Source: Nitrospirota bacterium (GTDB taxonomy: Bacteria > Nitrospirota > UBA9217). From it: a stretch of DNA of 64,000 nucleotides. Every line of letters begins with the position of its first letter. Position 1 is the first letter of the stretch. Under the pieces are notes generated by a model. It saw only the letters and a program-made list of their open reading frames with translations, had not been told where the DNA came from and searched no databases. Both the position numbers and the translations under genes were made by a program. The stretch spans positions 1-64,000 of the forward strand of contig JAOUEV010000004.1 of assembly GCA_029858565.1 (NCBI GenBank). Direction: 5' to 3'. This document shows, in pieces, positions 29,301 through 37,723 of the stretch.

Positions 29301-29640
29301 ATCTCCCATACGGGACGTTGCAGGCATGATCCGTTCGTTCCATTACGCGGCTCACAGCGCGCTCCGGTCCTACGGGTCCATCCGGCCCGAGGATATCGTG
29401 GGGCTCGAAGCCTGGGCAGAGGCGTGGTACGTGGCGGTCTCGGGAATCTATCTCAATTCCTATCTCTTCACGGTCGAGGATGCGGATTTTGTACCCAGGG
29501 ACCGGAAGGAGTTCGAGGTCCTGCTGCGCTGCTTCCTGCTCGAAAAGGCGGTCTACGAAGTGGGCTACGAACTGAACAACCGGCCTGACTGGGTGACGAT
29601 CCCGATGCGGGGGATCGAGCGGCTGCTGAAGCGGGCGTAA
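26308..29640 (+). CDS. treS: Trehalose synthase-maltokinase fusion (TreS-Mak)
   Basis: WYKDAVIY, HRFYSHQPDLN, RLDAIPYL, EANQW, FLRNHDELTLE; C-terminal AEQSNTS, HGDFHLGQVL, IIDFEGEP. Confidence 0.96.
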   Translation: MFKRKRIELEDNPLWYKDAVIYQTHVKSFCDSNADGIGDFPGLTRKLDYLEGLGITAIWILPFYPSPLRDDGYDIATYFAVHPDYGTMADFKAFLREAHKRGIRVIIELVLNHTSDQHPWFQQARRAPVGSIQRNYYVWNDSPEKYQEARIIFKDFETSNWSWDPVAKAYYWHRFYSHQPDLNFESPFVQRAVLKIMHNWLDLGVDGLRLDAIPYLYERDGTNCENLPETHAFLQHLRSYIDGKYKNRMLLGEANQWPEDAAAYFGNGDECHMAFHFPVMPRIFMALQMEDRFPIIDILEQTPRIPETCQWAMFLRNHDELTLEMVTDEERDYMYRVYARDQRTRINLGIRRRLAPLIGNSRRKIELMNILLFSLPGTPVIYYGDEIGMGDNYYLGDRNGVRTPMQWSADRNAGFSQANPQRLYLPVIIDPEYHYEAVNVDTQERNTSSLLWWMKRVIAMRKRYKAFTRGETEFAASDNPKVLAFVRSFGDERILVVINLSRFSQMVELDLAAYSGHVPIEVFSQNRFPLIKDSPYVLTMGIHDYFWFVLQKETVAAGTMEERRLPELAVKASWTAVLEGRQRTRLEEDALPAYLRSVRWFGGKARNLQRVKIIDTIPLDREESAARILLLETFYTEGVSDTYLLPLAFAAGDRSAQIAAELPHASVARLSVDDQPGLLYDAVYDESFRANLLKMMAAKRRIHGRTGQMVMLPGRRFRSLTAGQGVTVSSQVLKAEQSNTSILYENTLILKLYRRLDEGLNPDPEIVRFLTERAGFEGTPAFGGSIEFLKRGAEPMVMGHLQQFVPNEGDAWTYTLDAVHQFFERVLSEAAEGRDIPSLPSSLLDMNPSALPKKLQDLIGGIYLDTASVLGRRTGQLHKALARGTGDPAFEAEPISTLYQRSVYQSMRNQTRRVMQLLQKNAKKLPEDLQKRAAALLGNEKDILSVFQSLLASKVTAVKTRFHGDFHLGQVLRTGKDFYIIDFEGEPARALSERRLKRSPIRDVAGMIRSFHYAAHSALRSYGSIRPEDIVGLEAWAEAWYVAVSGIYLNSYLFTVEDADFVPRDRKEFEVLLRCFLLEKAVYEVGYELNNRPDWVTIPMRGIERLLKRA

Positions 29641-29730
29641 TGGTCAAAGCCTGTCTCGAGCAACCAACATGAGGCGGGTTGCAAATGCGCAACGTTCGGA
29701 GGAAGAAAACATAGGATCAAAACCGTTTTT

Positions 29731-29876
29731 CGCGCCGAGGCGCAGAGGCGCAGGGGAAGTCAACGGCTTTGAACGGCAGGGCAATCATGGATCTTGTTAA
29801 GGGTCTTGTTTTGATCAGGGGAAATCGAACTACCTATATCTTTTGATGGTCTTTGAGAATTTCTCCGCGCCTCCGC
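29731..29876. repeat. Intergenic inverted-repeat element, family A
   Basis: CGCGCCGAGGCGCAGAGGCGCAGGGG pairs with TCTCCGCGCCTCCGC. Confidence 0.6.
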
Positions 29877-29973
29877 TCGAGACAGCAGTTGACGTTGCCG
29901 TATATTTTGATGTTTCTTTTCAGGTTTATTCCGCGCTTTTGTGAATGATGACTATGCATCCCGAGGTGTTCCT

Positions 29974-31959
29974 ATGGTGGAGAAGAAGAAAAAAGCAGCA
30001 GCTCCAAAAAAACAGACGGCACAGCAGGCGTCCCACAAGGGCCCAGTGGTCCACGGACCGAGCCTGCTGACGGAGCACGACATCTATTTGTTCAAGGAAG
30101 GCAGCCATTCGAGGCTCTATGAGAAGCTTGGCTCCCATCTGCTGACTGTGGATAACGTCGCAGGCGTTTTGTTCGCGGTCTGGGCGCCCAATGCGGAACA
30201 GGTCTCGGTAATGGGCGATTTCAACGGGTGGAACAATGGGTCCCATCATCTTGCGGCGCGCTGGGACGGGTCGGGCATATGGGAGGGGTTCGTGCCTGGT
30301 CTTGGCAACGGAAGTCTCTATAAATACCACGTGGTTTCCCATCACAAGGGATACCGTGTTGACAAGGGCGATCCGTACGCATTCGTCTGGGAACTGTCTC
30401 ACAAGACCGGTAGCGCATCGGTTGTTTGGGACCTTGCCCATGAGTGGTGTGATCAATTGTGGATGAAGGACCGGCATCAGGCGAATGCCCTGGATGCGCC
30501 CATGTCGGTGTACGAGATGCACTTCGGTTCCTGGAGACGGGTGCCCGAGGACGGCAATCGTTCGCTGAACTACCGAGAAATGGCGGAGTGGCTTCCCGGG
30601 TATCTCAAGGATACGGGTTTTACCCACGTGGAATTCATGCCCGTGATGGAGCATCCGTTCTTCGGGTCCTGGGGCTACCAGGTAACGGGTTACTTCGCGC
30701 CCACGAGCCGCTTCGGAACTCCCCAGGACTTCATGCTGCTCATCGACCGGCTGCATCAGGAGGGCGTGGGGGTGATCCTCGATTGGGTGCCGTCGCACTT
30801 CCCGAGCGACGAGCACGGACTGGCCTACTTCGACGGAACCCACCTCTACGAACATGAGGACCCGCGCAAGGGATTCCATCCCGATTGGAACAGCTATATC
30901 TTCAACTACGACCGGCACGAGGTGCGGTCCTTTCTTCTTTCGAGCGCGCTGTTCTGGATGGATCGGTATCATGTTGACGGCCTGCGCATCGATGCCGTAG
31001 CGTCCATGCTCTACCTCGATTACGGCAGAAAGCACGGTGAATGGATCCCGAACAAATACGGGGGCAAGGAGAACCTTGAAGCCATCGCTTTTTTGCGCAA
31101 GATGAATGAGGAGGTCTACCGGGTCTTTCCGGACACGCAGATCATTGCCGAGGAGTCGACCGCCTGGCCCATGGTATCGCGGCCGGTGTTCGTGGGCGGT
31201 CTGGGATTCGGCATGAAATGGAACATGGGGTGGATGCACGATACGCTTTCGTACTTTTCCCTGGAACCGGTGCATCGCAAATACCACCAGGGCCAGTTGA
31301 CCTTCAGCATCTGGTACGCATTCACCGAGAACTTCATGCTGGCCTTGTCCCACGACGAGGTGGTGCACGGCAAGGGTTCACTCATGAACAAGATGCCCGG
31401 CGATGACTGGCAGAAGTTCGCGAACATGCGGCTGCTCATGGGCTATTTGTACGCCCATCCGGGAAAGAAACTCTTCTTCATGGGCGCGGAGTTCGGCCAG
31501 TGGCGAGAATGGAACCATGATGCAAGCGTGGACTGGCACCTGCTCGATTATGCTCCCCACGCAGGGCTCCGGCGGTGGATCCAACACCTGAACATTCTCT
31601 ATCGCGGAGAGAAGGCGATGCATGAGCTCGATTTCGACGGTGCGGGATTTGAGTGGGTCGATTTCGGCGATGCTGACAACAGCGTGATAACCTTTCTGCG
31701 CAAGGGGCGGTCCCCGCGCGACGAGGTCCTGGTCGCCTGCAACTTCACGCCCGTGCCGCGCCACAACTATCGCGTCGGCGTGACTTCTGCAGGATTCTGG
31801 AGGGAGATCCTGAACAGCGATGCCCCGGAGTACGGCGGCAGCGGCCAGGGAAACTTCGGCGGCCTGGTTGCCACGCCGGTGTCGTCCCACGGGAAGTATC
31901 ACTCTTTGTCGCTCACGCTTCCGCCGCTCGGCATGGTGGTATTCAAACGGCAGGAATGA
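29974..31959 (+). CDS. glgB: 1,4-alpha-glucan branching enzyme (short N-terminus)
   Basis: [48 protein letters not shown]. Confidence 0.97.
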   Translation: MVEKKKKAAAPKKQTAQQASHKGPVVHGPSLLTEHDIYLFKEGSHSRLYEKLGSHLLTVDNVAGVLFAVWAPNAEQVSVMGDFNGWNNGSHHLAARWDGSGIWEGFVPGLGNGSLYKYHVVSHHKGYRVDKGDPYAFVWELSHKTGSASVVWDLAHEWCDQLWMKDRHQANALDAPMSVYEMHFGSWRRVPEDGNRSLNYREMAEWLPGYLKDTGFTHVEFMPVMEHPFFGSWGYQVTGYFAPTSRFGTPQDFMLLIDRLHQEGVGVILDWVPSHFPSDEHGLAYFDGTHLYEHEDPRKGFHPDWNSYIFNYDRHEVRSFLLSSALFWMDRYHVDGLRIDAVASMLYLDYGRKHGEWIPNKYGGKENLEAIAFLRKMNEEVYRVFPDTQIIAEESTAWPMVSRPVFVGGLGFGMKWNMGWMHDTLSYFSLEPVHRKYHQGQLTFSIWYAFTENFMLALSHDEVVHGKGSLMNKMPGDDWQKFANMRLLMGYLYAHPGKKLFFMGAEFGQWREWNHDASVDWHLLDYAPHAGLRRWIQHLNILYRGEKAMHELDFDGAGFEWVDFGDADNSVITFLRKGRSPRDEVLVACNFTPVPRHNYRVGVTSAGFWREILNSDAPEYGGSGQGNFGGLVATPVSSHGKYHSLSLTLPPLGMVVFKRQE

Positions 31960-31981
31960 GCCTCAGGTGTAAAAGAAAGAC

Positions 31982-32149
31982 CTTTGACACGGAAAAGGCG
32001 GAGAGATGCCTATGAAGAGACAGAAAAAGATCTGTCAAAGGATATTGGATGTTGAGCACCGAGAGAAAAAACGTACCTTGGAAAGACAAGAACGAAGCCT
32101 GCAGTATCCGCCTTGATCAGGGTGTTCATCCGCCTTTTCCGTGGCAAAG
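31982..32149. repeat. Intergenic inverted-repeat element, family B
   Basis: CTTTGACACGGAAAAGGCGGA vs TCCGCCTTTTCCGTGGCAAAG (20/21 complementary). Confidence 0.8.
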
Positions 32150-32187
32150 AAGTAGATTTTCAATTTACCCAGCAGGGAGTTACTGTC

Positions 32188-33420
32188 ATGGCCCATCCGA
32201 AAATATTGGCATTCGTCCTCGCAGGCGGCAGGGGCGAACGGCTCGCGCCGCTCACGGACATGCGCACCAAGCCCTCGGTCCCCTTCGGCGGCAGGTTTCG
32301 CATCGTGGACTTCGTGCTGAGCAATCTCCTGAACTCCCACATCTATTCCATTTATCTGCTGGTCCAGTACAAGTCCCAGTCGCTCATCGAGCACGTGCGC
32401 CAGAACTGGGTGCTCTCGCCGCTGATACGCGATCACTTCGTTGCAGTGGTGCCGCCGCAGATGAAGATGGGACCGGAGTGGTTCCAGGGCACGGCAGATG
32501 CCGTGTATCAGAACATCAACCTGATCCATGACCACGCTCCCGAGGTGGTGGTCGTGTTCGGCGCGGATCACATCTACCGCATGGATATCCGTCAGATGAT
32601 CGATTTCCATATCGAGAAGGGGGCTGACGTGACGGTCGCTGCACGGCCGGTGCCGCTTGAGGAAGCATCGGCCTTTGGCGTGATTGCGGTTGACAAAAAC
32701 GGCAGGATCACCGGGTTCCAGGAGAAACCGAAGGACCCGCAGCCAATGCCTGGGGCTTCGGACCGGGCGCTCGTATCCATGGGCAACTATCTCTTTAGCA
32801 CCAACGTACTCGTGGATTCCCTCATGTGCGGGGCCGATAATCAACATGATTTCGGCAAGCATATCCTGCCGTCACTGATCGGATCGGGCAAGGTCTTTGC
32901 CTACGACTTTGCGCAGAACGTGGTTCCGGGGACGAAACCCTTTGAGGAACAGGGCTACTGGCGCGATGTGGGGACCATTCCCGCGTACTTTCAGGCGCAC
33001 ATGGACATGCTGGGCGAAGCGCCGGTTTTCGATCTGCACAATAAGCAATGGCCTATCCATCCGGGCCGCTACCAGGGGCCTGCAGCCAAGATCTTGAAGG
33101 CCGAGATTGAGAACAGTCTTATCTCGGAGGGTGCCATCATCGCCAACGCGAAGGTCTCCAATTCCGTGATCCGGCGCGATGTGGTGATCGAGGATGGGAC
33201 ATCGATCGACGAATGCATCATCATGGAATCCGCAGTGATCAGGAAAGGCTGCAGGCTCAGGCGCGTGATCATCGACAAGTTCAATGTGCTCCCGGAAGGG
33301 ACCGAAATCGGATTCGACCGCGATCGCGACCGCCGCGCCGGCGTCTATCACCTGGACGGAGAAAACATCGTGGTGCTTTCCAAAGCAACGCGAAATTACA
33401 AGGGGATCTGCGAACGATGA
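32188..33420 (+). CDS. glgC: Glucose-1-phosphate adenylyltransferase
   Basis: LAGGRGERL.PLT..R.KP.VPFGG, WFQGTADAV, DHIYRMD, FQEKP, YWRDVGT, beta-helix tail. Confidence 0.97.
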   Translation: MAHPKILAFVLAGGRGERLAPLTDMRTKPSVPFGGRFRIVDFVLSNLLNSHIYSIYLLVQYKSQSLIEHVRQNWVLSPLIRDHFVAVVPPQMKMGPEWFQGTADAVYQNINLIHDHAPEVVVVFGADHIYRMDIRQMIDFHIEKGADVTVAARPVPLEEASAFGVIAVDKNGRITGFQEKPKDPQPMPGASDRALVSMGNYLFSTNVLVDSLMCGADNQHDFGKHILPSLIGSGKVFAYDFAQNVVPGTKPFEEQGYWRDVGTIPAYFQAHMDMLGEAPVFDLHNKQWPIHPGRYQGPAAKILKAEIENSLISEGAIIANAKVSNSVIRRDVVIEDGTSIDECIIMESAVIRKGCRLRRVIIDKFNVLPEGTEIGFDRDRDRRAGVYHLDGENIVVLSKATRNYKGICER

Positions 33421-35267
33421 TCGCTCTCGGCGCACAGGTTGACCGACGCACGGCATCGTGCACCTTCCGGGTCTGGGCCCCGCTGCGCGAACAGGTGGAC
33501 GTTCATATCGTGGCTCCCGGGGAGCGGATCGCGCCGATGGCCCGCGATGAGCGGGGATATTGGCAGACCACCATGCAAGGCGTGGGGCCGGGTACACGGT
33601 ATTTCTATCGCCTAGACAACGACCGGGACCGTCCTGATCCGGCTTCCCGGTATCAGCCCGAAGGTGTGCACGGTCCGTCGGAGGTTGTTGACCATCAGAC
33701 CTTCCGGTGGAAGGACCGGACTTGGAAGGGGCTGTTGCTCAAGAAGTACGTGATCTACGAGCTTCACACCGGGACGTTCACGCCCGAGGGGACATTTGAG
33801 GCGATCATTCCGAGGCTTGCGGATTTGAAAGACCTCGGCGTCACGGCAATCGAGTTGATGCCGGTTTCACCCTTTCCGGGAACGCGCAACTGGGGCTATG
33901 ACGGCGTTTATCCCTTTGCAGTGCAGCATTCCTACGGCGGTCCCGACGGGCTGAAGCGGCTTGTGGACGCCTGTCATGGCCATGGGCTTGCCGTCATCCT
34001 CGATGTTGTCTATAATCATCTCGGGCCCGAGGGGAACTACCTGGGCGAGTACGGGCCCTATTTCACGGACCGCTATCGGACGCCCTGGGGCCAGGCGATC
34101 AATTTTGACGGGCCAAATGCCAACGAGGTACGTGCCTCTGTGGTCGGGAGCGCGCTGGCATGGTGCCGCGATTACCACATCGATGCGCTCCGGCTCGACG
34201 CAATCCACGGGATTTTCGATTTCAGCGCCCGTCATATCCTTCAGGATATCGGAGCAGCGGTCCATGCCGAGGGAAGGACCGGCAAACGCCGTCTGCACGT
34301 CATGCCGGAAAGCGACCTGAACAACGTGCGCATCATATCTCCACTTGCGCAGGGAGGGTATGGCCTTGATGCACAGTGGAACGACGACTTTCACCACGCG
34401 CTCCGGACGCTTTTGACCGGAGAACGGCGCGGCTACTACGAGGACTTCGGACGGATTGCCGATCTGGTTACCGCCTACCGGGACGGTTTCGTGTACTCGG
34501 GACGCTATTCGGTCCATCGCAAGCGGGACCACGGGAACCGGTCCGCGGACAGGCCCGCTGAGCAGTTCGTGGTTTTCTCGCAAAACCACGACCAGGTCGG
34601 GAACCGGATGCTGGGTGATCGCCTTATCACGCAGGTGTCCTGGGAGGCGCTCAAACTGGCGGCTGCGTGCGTGATCCTGTCGCCGTACCTGCCGCTCCTG
34701 TTCATGGGAGAGGAGTATGCTGAGCCTGCGCCGTTCCAGTACTTCGTCAGTCACGGCGACCAGGGCCTGATCGAGGCTGTGCGGAAGGGGCGGAAAGAGG
34801 AATTCCGTGCCTTTTCCTGGGAAGGAGAACCTCCTGATCCGCAGGCAGAGGAGACCTTTCAGCGCTCGCGACTGTCCTGGGAACTGCGGGGCGCCGGTAA
34901 ACATGCCGCGATGCTGGACTGGTACCGTGCGCTGTTCGAACTGAGAAGGCGCGTGTCTGCGCTTGCCAGCCTGTCGCGGGAACACTGCAGTGCTTCCGGG
35001 TCCGAAGAAGAGCGGATCGTTACCGTCAGACGCACCACGTCCCGAGGATCGTCCGAGGTCTTCTGCGCCTTCAATTTCAGCGACGAGGAGCGTTCCCTGA
35101 CGGTCCGACTATCCGGAATGGACGCTCGGAAACTGTGCGACAGCGCAGACGAGCGATGGCGCGGACCGGGAGCAACAGCGCCTGAGCGCATCGGGCCGCG
35201 TGCGCGGATCACCATACGGCCGCAGAGCGCAGTTGTCTACGCAGCTACAAAGAGGAAACATGCATGA
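33417..35267 (+). CDS. treZ: Malto-oligosyltrehalose trehalohydrolase
   Basis: FRVWAP, RNWGYDGV, DVVYNHLGPEGNY, RLDAIH, QNHDQVGNR; ATG 33417 overlaps the glgC stop. Confidence 0.95.
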   Translation: MIALGAQVDRRTASCTFRVWAPLREQVDVHIVAPGERIAPMARDERGYWQTTMQGVGPGTRYFYRLDNDRDRPDPASRYQPEGVHGPSEVVDHQTFRWKDRTWKGLLLKKYVIYELHTGTFTPEGTFEAIIPRLADLKDLGVTAIELMPVSPFPGTRNWGYDGVYPFAVQHSYGGPDGLKRLVDACHGHGLAVILDVVYNHLGPEGNYLGEYGPYFTDRYRTPWGQAINFDGPNANEVRASVVGSALAWCRDYHIDALRLDAIHGIFDFSARHILQDIGAAVHAEGRTGKRRLHVMPESDLNNVRIISPLAQGGYGLDAQWNDDFHHALRTLLTGERRGYYEDFGRIADLVTAYRDGFVYSGRYSVHRKRDHGNRSADRPAEQFVVFSQNHDQVGNRMLGDRLITQVSWEALKLAAACVILSPYLPLLFMGEEYAEPAPFQYFVSHGDQGLIEAVRKGRKEEFRAFSWEGEPPDPQAEETFQRSRLSWELRGAGKHAAMLDWYRALFELRRRVSALASLSREHCSASGSEEERIVTVRRTTSRGSSEVFCAFNFSDEERSLTVRLSGMDARKLCDSADERWRGPGATAPERIGPRARITIRPQSAVVYAATKRKHA

Positions 35268-37723
35268 CCCAGCGCTATGTGTGTGTGCACGGCCACTTCT
35301 ATCAGCCGCCGCGGGAAAATCCCTGGCTTGAGGCCGTGGAAATCCAGGATTCAGCACACCCGTACCATGACTGGAACGAGCGGGTCACGGCGGAATGCTA
35401 TGCCCCGAACTCGGCCGCGCGGCTGCTCGATGCGGACCAGCGTATCGTGGATATCATCAGCAATTACGAACAGATCAGCTTCAACTTCGGCCCCACGCTC
35501 CTGTCCTGGATGGAGACCGCATCGCCCGAAGTCTACCGGGCCGTGCTGGAGGCCGACCGGGTGAGCCGCGAACGGCGCGGCGGGCACGGGAATGCCATTG
35601 CCCAGGTCTATAACCACATTATCATGCCGCTGGCGAACGAGATGGACAAGCGGACGCAGGTTCTTTGGGGCATCAAGGATTTCGAACACCGGTTCAGGCG
35701 CTATCCCGAGGGCATGTGGCTCGCTGAAACGGCGGTTGACACTGACACCCTTGAAGCGCTTGCCGAGCAGGGGATCCGGTTCACGATCCTTGCCCCGCGC
35801 CAGGCATCGCGCATCCGGAAGATCGGGAAGGATGAATGGCAGGATGCCGGAAACTCACGGATCGATCCGAGCCAGGCCTACCTGTGCACGCTTCCTTCAG
35901 GCCGCGTGATCACTCTCTTTTTCTACGACGGTCCCATTTCGCAGGCGGTTGCGTTCGAAAAGCTCCTGAACCGGGGGGAGGATTTTGCGAACCGTTTGCT
36001 GCACGGATTCAACGACAACCGGAGCTGGCCGCAGCTCATGCACATCGCCACGGACGGCGAGACCTATGGCCATCATCAGAAGTTCGGGGATATGGCGCTG
36101 GGGTATGCGCTGCACAGCATTGAAGCGAGCGGAGCCGCGAAGGTCGTGAACTACGCGCAGTACCTGGAAATGCACCCGCCTGAATACGAGGTCGAGATAT
36201 TTGATAACAGCTCCTGGAGTTGCGTGCACGGGGTCGAACGGTGGCGCAGCAACTGCGGATGCAATTCAGGCGGCTACGGCCACTGGAATCAGGAATGGCG
36301 GGGCCCGCTCCGCGCGGCGCTCGACTGGCTCCGCGACGCCATGGCAGGTCAGTTCATCGGACGTGCAGCGGAATTCCTGAAGGATCCCTGGCATGCGCGC
36401 GACGACTATATTTCCGTGGTGCTGGACAGGTCCCAGGCGAGCCTGGACGGTTTTATCGAACGAAATGCGCTTCGTTCGCTGAATGTTGACGAGCGGGTCC
36501 TGGTTGTGAAATTGATGGAAGTGCAGCGCCAGGCAATGCTGATGTATACGAGCTGCGGCTGGTTCTTTGACGAGCTGTCCGGCATCGAAACGGTCCAGAT
36601 CCTCAAGTACGCCGGAGGAGCGATCCGGCTGTGCGAGAGCATCATGCAGTGCGGTATGGAAAAGACATTTCTGGAACGGCTTGTCGAGGCAAAGAGCAAC
36701 GTTCCTGAACACCGGGACGGCGCGCAGATTTACGAGAAATTCGTGAAGCCCTCGATCATCGATGTGCAGAAGGTGGGCGTCCACTACGCAGTCAGTTCGC
36801 TGTTCGAGGATTATCCCGAGGATACGAGGATCTTCTGTTACCGTGCGCTTCGGGAAGATGCGATCCTGGAACAGACGGGACGCACGAAACTAGCGATTGG
36901 ACGGGTGTCCGTCACTTCGGACATTACGCACGAAAGCGACAAGCTGACCTACTGTGTGCTCTATTTCGGCGACCATGCATTCAATGGCGGGGTCCGCACC
37001 TTCCGGGGTGACGAGGCGTTTGGTTCCATGCGGGACGAGATCGTTGAGCACTTCCGCTCCGGCGACCTTGCTGGCGTTGTTCGGCTCATGGACAGACATT
37101 TCGGGTCGAACAACTACTCTCTGAGCGACCTGTTCTGGGACGAACAGCGCAAGATCCTGGGCCAGGTGACCCAGGCGGCTGTAGAGGAGCACCAGCAGGC
37201 ATATGTGCGCATGTACAACGATATCCGCGGACTCATGATCTTTCTAGCCGGGACCGGAGCGCCTCTCCCGAAGCCCTTTCTCGCGGCTGCAGAGATGGCG
37301 CTGAACTTCGAGTTATGGAAAGCGTTCAGCGAAGCAGCGGTCAACGTCGAGCGAGTTCAGGTGCTTGCAGAGGATATCAAACGCTGGAGCGTTCCCTTGT
37401 CCGCAGTTGATCTGGAGTTTTTGGTGCGTCACCGGGCCGAGGACATGATGAGGCGGCTAGTGGCAGATCCGAACGATGTGCTGCAGATAGAGGAATTATG
37501 CAAGATCGTGGAACTTCTGCGCTTGCTGCCCGTGGACATTACTTTCTGGCAGATCCAGAATGATTACTACCGGATGGCGCGTATGGCCTACGTGGATTTT
37601 CTCGTGAGCGAGCGAGCAGGTGACGAAAAGGCGCGTACATGGAATGACGCTTTTCGCAGGCTCGGCCAGGCGCTCTGGTTCAACATTGACTCAATATTGC
37701 CGAAGGAGGAACGCTCCTCATGA
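35264..37723 (+). CDS. GH57-family glycoside hydrolase with DUF3536-type C-terminus
   Basis: HGHFYQPPRENPW, GMWLAE, ATDGETYGHH, MYTSCGWFF. Confidence 0.9.
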   Translation: MTQRYVCVHGHFYQPPRENPWLEAVEIQDSAHPYHDWNERVTAECYAPNSAARLLDADQRIVDIISNYEQISFNFGPTLLSWMETASPEVYRAVLEADRVSRERRGGHGNAIAQVYNHIIMPLANEMDKRTQVLWGIKDFEHRFRRYPEGMWLAETAVDTDTLEALAEQGIRFTILAPRQASRIRKIGKDEWQDAGNSRIDPSQAYLCTLPSGRVITLFFYDGPISQAVAFEKLLNRGEDFANRLLHGFNDNRSWPQLMHIATDGETYGHHQKFGDMALGYALHSIEASGAAKVVNYAQYLEMHPPEYEVEIFDNSSWSCVHGVERWRSNCGCNSGGYGHWNQEWRGPLRAALDWLRDAMAGQFIGRAAEFLKDPWHARDDYISVVLDRSQASLDGFIERNALRSLNVDERVLVVKLMEVQRQAMLMYTSCGWFFDELSGIETVQILKYAGGAIRLCESIMQCGMEKTFLERLVEAKSNVPEHRDGAQIYEKFVKPSIIDVQKVGVHYAVSSLFEDYPEDTRIFCYRALREDAILEQTGRTKLAIGRVSVTSDITHESDKLTYCVLYFGDHAFNGGVRTFRGDEAFGSMRDEIVEHFRSGDLAGVVRLMDRHFGSNNYSLSDLFWDEQRKILGQVTQAAVEEHQQAYVRMYNDIRGLMIFLAGTGAPLPKPFLAAAEMALNFELWKAFSEAAVNVERVQVLAEDIKRWSVPLSAVDLEFLVRHRAEDMMRRLVADPNDVLQIEELCKIVELLRLLPVDITFWQIQNDYYRMARMAYVDFLVSERAGDEKARTWNDAFRRLGQALWFNIDSILPKEERSS

